Shown piece by piece: positions 25,409 through 25,968 of a stretch of 25,968 nt of DNA. Position numbers and translations under genes: made by a program. A model generated the notes under the pieces. The model was given only the letters and a program-made list of their open reading frames with translations. It did not search any database and was not told the DNA's origin. The number at the start of each line of letters is the position of its first letter. The stretch's first letter is position 1. The DNA comes from a virus. Its lineage: Duplodnaviria > Caudoviricetes. The stretch spans positions 1 through 25,968 of IMG/VR virus record IMGVR_UViG_3300046779_000479; one strand, written 5' to 3'.

Positions 25409-25448
25409 AGAATAGTTATATTCTACACTAGTATTCAAGAGGAGTCAA

Positions 25449-25676
25449 ATGGAATTAAACATTCAAGAGGTTCATTATTATAATGAACTATCAAATACCT
25501 TTAAGGCTGAGCCAATATTATGTCCATATGATGACAACTCTTTTTCCCACATACTTTTAACAAAGATTGATGGTGAAGAAAAGGTATACTTCAAGTGTAT
25601 AACTTGCGATACAAAATTTTATCCTGGAATAAATTTAATAAAGAAAATAAAAGAATATATAAAGACAAGTCTATGA
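25449..25676 (+). CDS. Small putative zinc-ribbon protein, 75 aa
   Basis: GAGGAG SD, a CPYD...CITC motif and its own promoter element. It occupies otherwise non-coding space between nrdJ and the glycosyltransferase. Confidence 0.8.
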   Translation: MELNIQEVHYYNELSNTFKAEPILCPYDDNSFSHILLTKIDGEEKVYFKCITCDTKFYPGINLIKKIKEYIKTSL

Positions 25677-25967
25677 CGCTAGAATTTCTTTAAATACTTC
25701 GTTCCATTCAACACCACGCTGTGTCATAGTAAACTTTTCTTTAATAATTTCTAGATTCTTAAAACGCTCTTCTTCTCTTACTTTTGGATCTAATAATTCT
25801 TGCATATGATTGATCCATTCTTCTGGAGTTGCAGCAACTCTGCCAACTCCTTCTTCATACATTAATCTATATTCTGGTAAATCACTTGCTATAAAAGGTA
25901 TTCCAGAAATTCCATACTCAAGACCTTTTAAATATGACTTTGCATGATTAAATGGAACATCTCTTAG
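25671..25967 (-). CDS. Glycosyltransferase (GT-B fold, GT4-like), C-terminal part; 5' end beyond the right window edge
   Basis: The frame extends past the track start to the edge: LRDVPFNHAKSYLKGLEYGISGIPFIASDLPEY...EEW...LL. This matches the FN..KS.LK..EY...GIP.IAS nucleotide-sugar binding signature. Confidence 0.85.
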   Translation of the reverse strand, partial: LRDVPFNHAKSYLKGLEYGISGIPFIASDLPEYRLMYEEGVGRVAATPEEWINHMQELLDPKVREEERFKNLEIIKEKFTMTQRGVEWNEVFKEILAS

Positions 25968-25968
25968 T

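Noticed and set aside
25383-25448. NrdR box upstream of nrdJ
   Set aside because: ACACTAGTATTCAAGA matches only the left part of the palindromic NrdR consensus, and no tandem second box is present.
1-25968. Stop-codon reassignment, introns/inteins, tRNAs, integrase or IS elements
   Set aside because: Genes tile the window densely under the standard code, with TAA, TAG and TGA all ending genes at sensible boundaries. The hallmark genes are uninterrupted and the gaps are too short for RNA genes.

Overview
This AT-rich window is part of a tailed dsDNA phage genome with a siphovirus-type (long, non-contractile tail) gene set. Almost all genes are on the minus strand. In transcription order they are: the 3' end of a GT-B glycosyltransferase, a lone plus-strand zinc-ribbon gene, a class II (B12-dependent) ribonucleotide reductase, a 1177-aa LamG/lectin-like protein, a 123-aa hypothetical protein, portal, an HK97-type prohead protease fused to a scaffold (with a probable nested scaffold start), major capsid, head-tail joining genes, major tail protein, tail assembly chaperones joined by a -1 frameshift, a 2021-aa tape measure protein, a Dit-like gene, and a tail-tip protein of at least 1473 aa that runs off the left edge and is missing from the ORF track. 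No terminase, tRNA, CRISPR or IS element was seen. The layout resembles, from memory only, large siphoviruses attributed to Actinobacteria; the host cannot be established from this window. The most interesting signal is a ~274-aa basic insert in the tape measure protein. It lies between two copies of a thrice-repeated GG..G.GN.D.V...LTPGE module and carries an HNH/His-Me-like signature (GH...N-x8-N), which suggests a tape measure protein that delivers cargo. All functional calls come from motif recognition and gene order; no database searches were run.
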